Source: Podarcis gaigeae
Lineage: Eukaryota
DNA: 64,000 bases
Reading direction: 5' to 3' (one strand)
Assembly: GCA_964106915.2 (NCBI GenBank)
Contig: OZ066916.1
Every line of letters starts with the position of its first letter. Position 1 is the stretch's first letter. The notes under the pieces were generated by a model. It was given only the letters and a program-made list of their open reading frames with translations, ran no database searches and was not told the DNA's origin. Positions 62,565 to 64,000 of the stretch are shown here, piece by piece. Both the position numbers and the translations under genes were made by a program.

Positions 62565-63459
62565 CTGTAATAAACATGTAAAGTATAACTTACTTTGTGC
62601 TGTTGTATTTTCAATGTTACATAAACTGTATTTCATCAGGCTACTGCTAGAATTCTGTACAGCAGGAGTTGGTCTAGGAACCTGTGGTATTCCAGATGTT
62701 ACTCCTATCATCTCTGACCACCAGCCACGCTGGCTGGGGCTGAGGAGACATCTGGTTGTTAGATTCCACAGGTTCCCCACCTCTGCTGTAGAGATGTCAT
62801 GAAAGATTAGCAGATTTTTAACAGTAGATTTGCAGAGGTGAAAAGAAATTAGGTATTTAACTCACACCGAGCTTTAAAAGAATTTGTGGTCTATCTGCCA
62901 ACTGGAAAAAATAAAGTATTTCTCCATAAATACTTAGTGTACATAATCCTGTGGCTGCAAAATTATCAAACACACATAAAAAAAGAAAATGTAAAGATAT
63001 ATCTAATGTCTCAAAAACCATAGTTCACAAATGTTTTCAGTTATTATACATAATGCCACAAAGCAGCCTGCTAGATTTGTACAGATGGCTCAGTATTTTT
63101 TTTCATTCCAAAGTATCTTACAAATAACCGCTTGCCCACAGACCTGGGGCAAGCAATAATTCTTTCCACATGAGTAGCTTAGTAAAAACACCCTGTGAAT
63201 GACAGACAAGCATTTAACTAAGTTGGAAATTGTTTCTTAAAGACATCTGCAGTATTGTAACATCTCAATTTCTAAAATCAACTGACTTGAACATTATATG
63301 TATGAGTACCCGCAATGTTCTAACAACACACAATCAAAAACATTGCTTACTGCCAGTCATCAGCTGCAAAACTGCAGCAGCAAGTTTCCCCACATGGATC
63401 AGCAGTCACTATTCAGTTCCTTCAATGATGACACAAAAATAAACTTTCAAAAAAATTAC

Positions 63460-63614
63460 TTGTGAAAATTTTCATCTGTTTCCTCCAGATGTAGAAGAAT
63501 CTCTTCTGCACACTCTACTGATGGCGCTCCTGTGATTTTTTCTTTGACACTTTGCAGTAACTGTCTGAGCATAGACTGCAAAAGAGCTTCATCTTCACTA
63601 GAAAAATGAGACAT
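63460..63614 (-). CDS. TBC1D32: TBC1D32 coding exon 1 (155 nt; MSHFSSEDE...DENFH)
   Basis: ATG at 63614-63612; donor AA|GTAATT, phase 2. Confidence 0.95.
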
Positions 63615-64000
63615 CTAAAGAAATAAGCATAAACATCGCATTTCTGTAATACACAGTAATACACAACTCACTCTAAGCTTTTACAGATTTAGACTGAAAG
63701 GAAATGAAGCCTAATAAGTTCTTAGTAGAAATATGAGATAAAGAAATCTAATTCTAAATTTAAATGATTATTATCTGCTGTTGCTGTATTACCTGCATTC
63801 CCCAGGCCCAAATTCCTGGTTTTTTTCTTTCCTTTACTGCCTTTCTCTCAGGCAGCAGTGACACAGGTAAAAGGAATGCTATTTTATCATCTTTATTAGC
63901 ATGAATGGGCCAACAGATATGGCTTTGGGCTGACAATGGATGATCAAGGTCATAAAAAGAAAGTGTTAGGTTTTCTTGGCATCCTTAAACAATTCCTCCA

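Larger units (their letters stand above)
755..63614 (-). other. TBC1D32: TBC1D32 (BROMI) gene span, 33 coding exons, 3897 nt CDS / 1298 aa
   Basis: Spliced translation [61 protein letters not shown]...[39 protein letters not shown] is colinear with vertebrate TBC1D32 as I recall it. All introns are GT-AG and exon lengths sum to a multiple of 3. Confidence 0.97.

Noticed and set aside
1-64000. CRISPR arrays, prokaryotic operons, rRNA or intact autonomous transposons
   Set aside because: The window is a spliced vertebrate gene. There is no repeat-spacer periodicity or rRNA-like sequence, and every TE coding remnant is truncated or disrupted.

Overview
AT-rich vertebrate genomic DNA. The repeat content (Sauria SINE, Bov-B, tRNA/CR1-tailed SINE, L2, Penelope-type fold-backs) points to a squamate, probably a lacertid lizard; this is inference. 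Nearly the whole window is one minus-strand gene, TBC1D32 (BROMI/broad-minded, ciliary Hedgehog regulator and CDK20/CCRK partner). I traced 33 coding exons by hand from ATG at 63614 to TAG at 755-757: 3897 nt, 1298 aa, all introns GT-AG, phases consistent. The longer six-frame ORFs are exon read-throughs, transposon fragments or noise. Highlights: (1) two TSD-flanked Penelope-type fold-back insertions carrying minimal type I hammerhead ribozyme cores, one a perfect 94-bp-arm palindrome and one 35 nt from a splice acceptor; (2) a U12-type (minor spliceosome) intron 29; (3) an RTE-clade LINE with a twin-priming-like 5' inversion, with an adjacent Bov-B that itself carries a hAT MITE; (4) two different hAT MITEs stacked at one triplicated 8-bp target; (5) a decayed near-full-length IR/DR Tc1 transposon. 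Repeat family names come from recognition, not database searches, and boundaries marked ~ are approximate.
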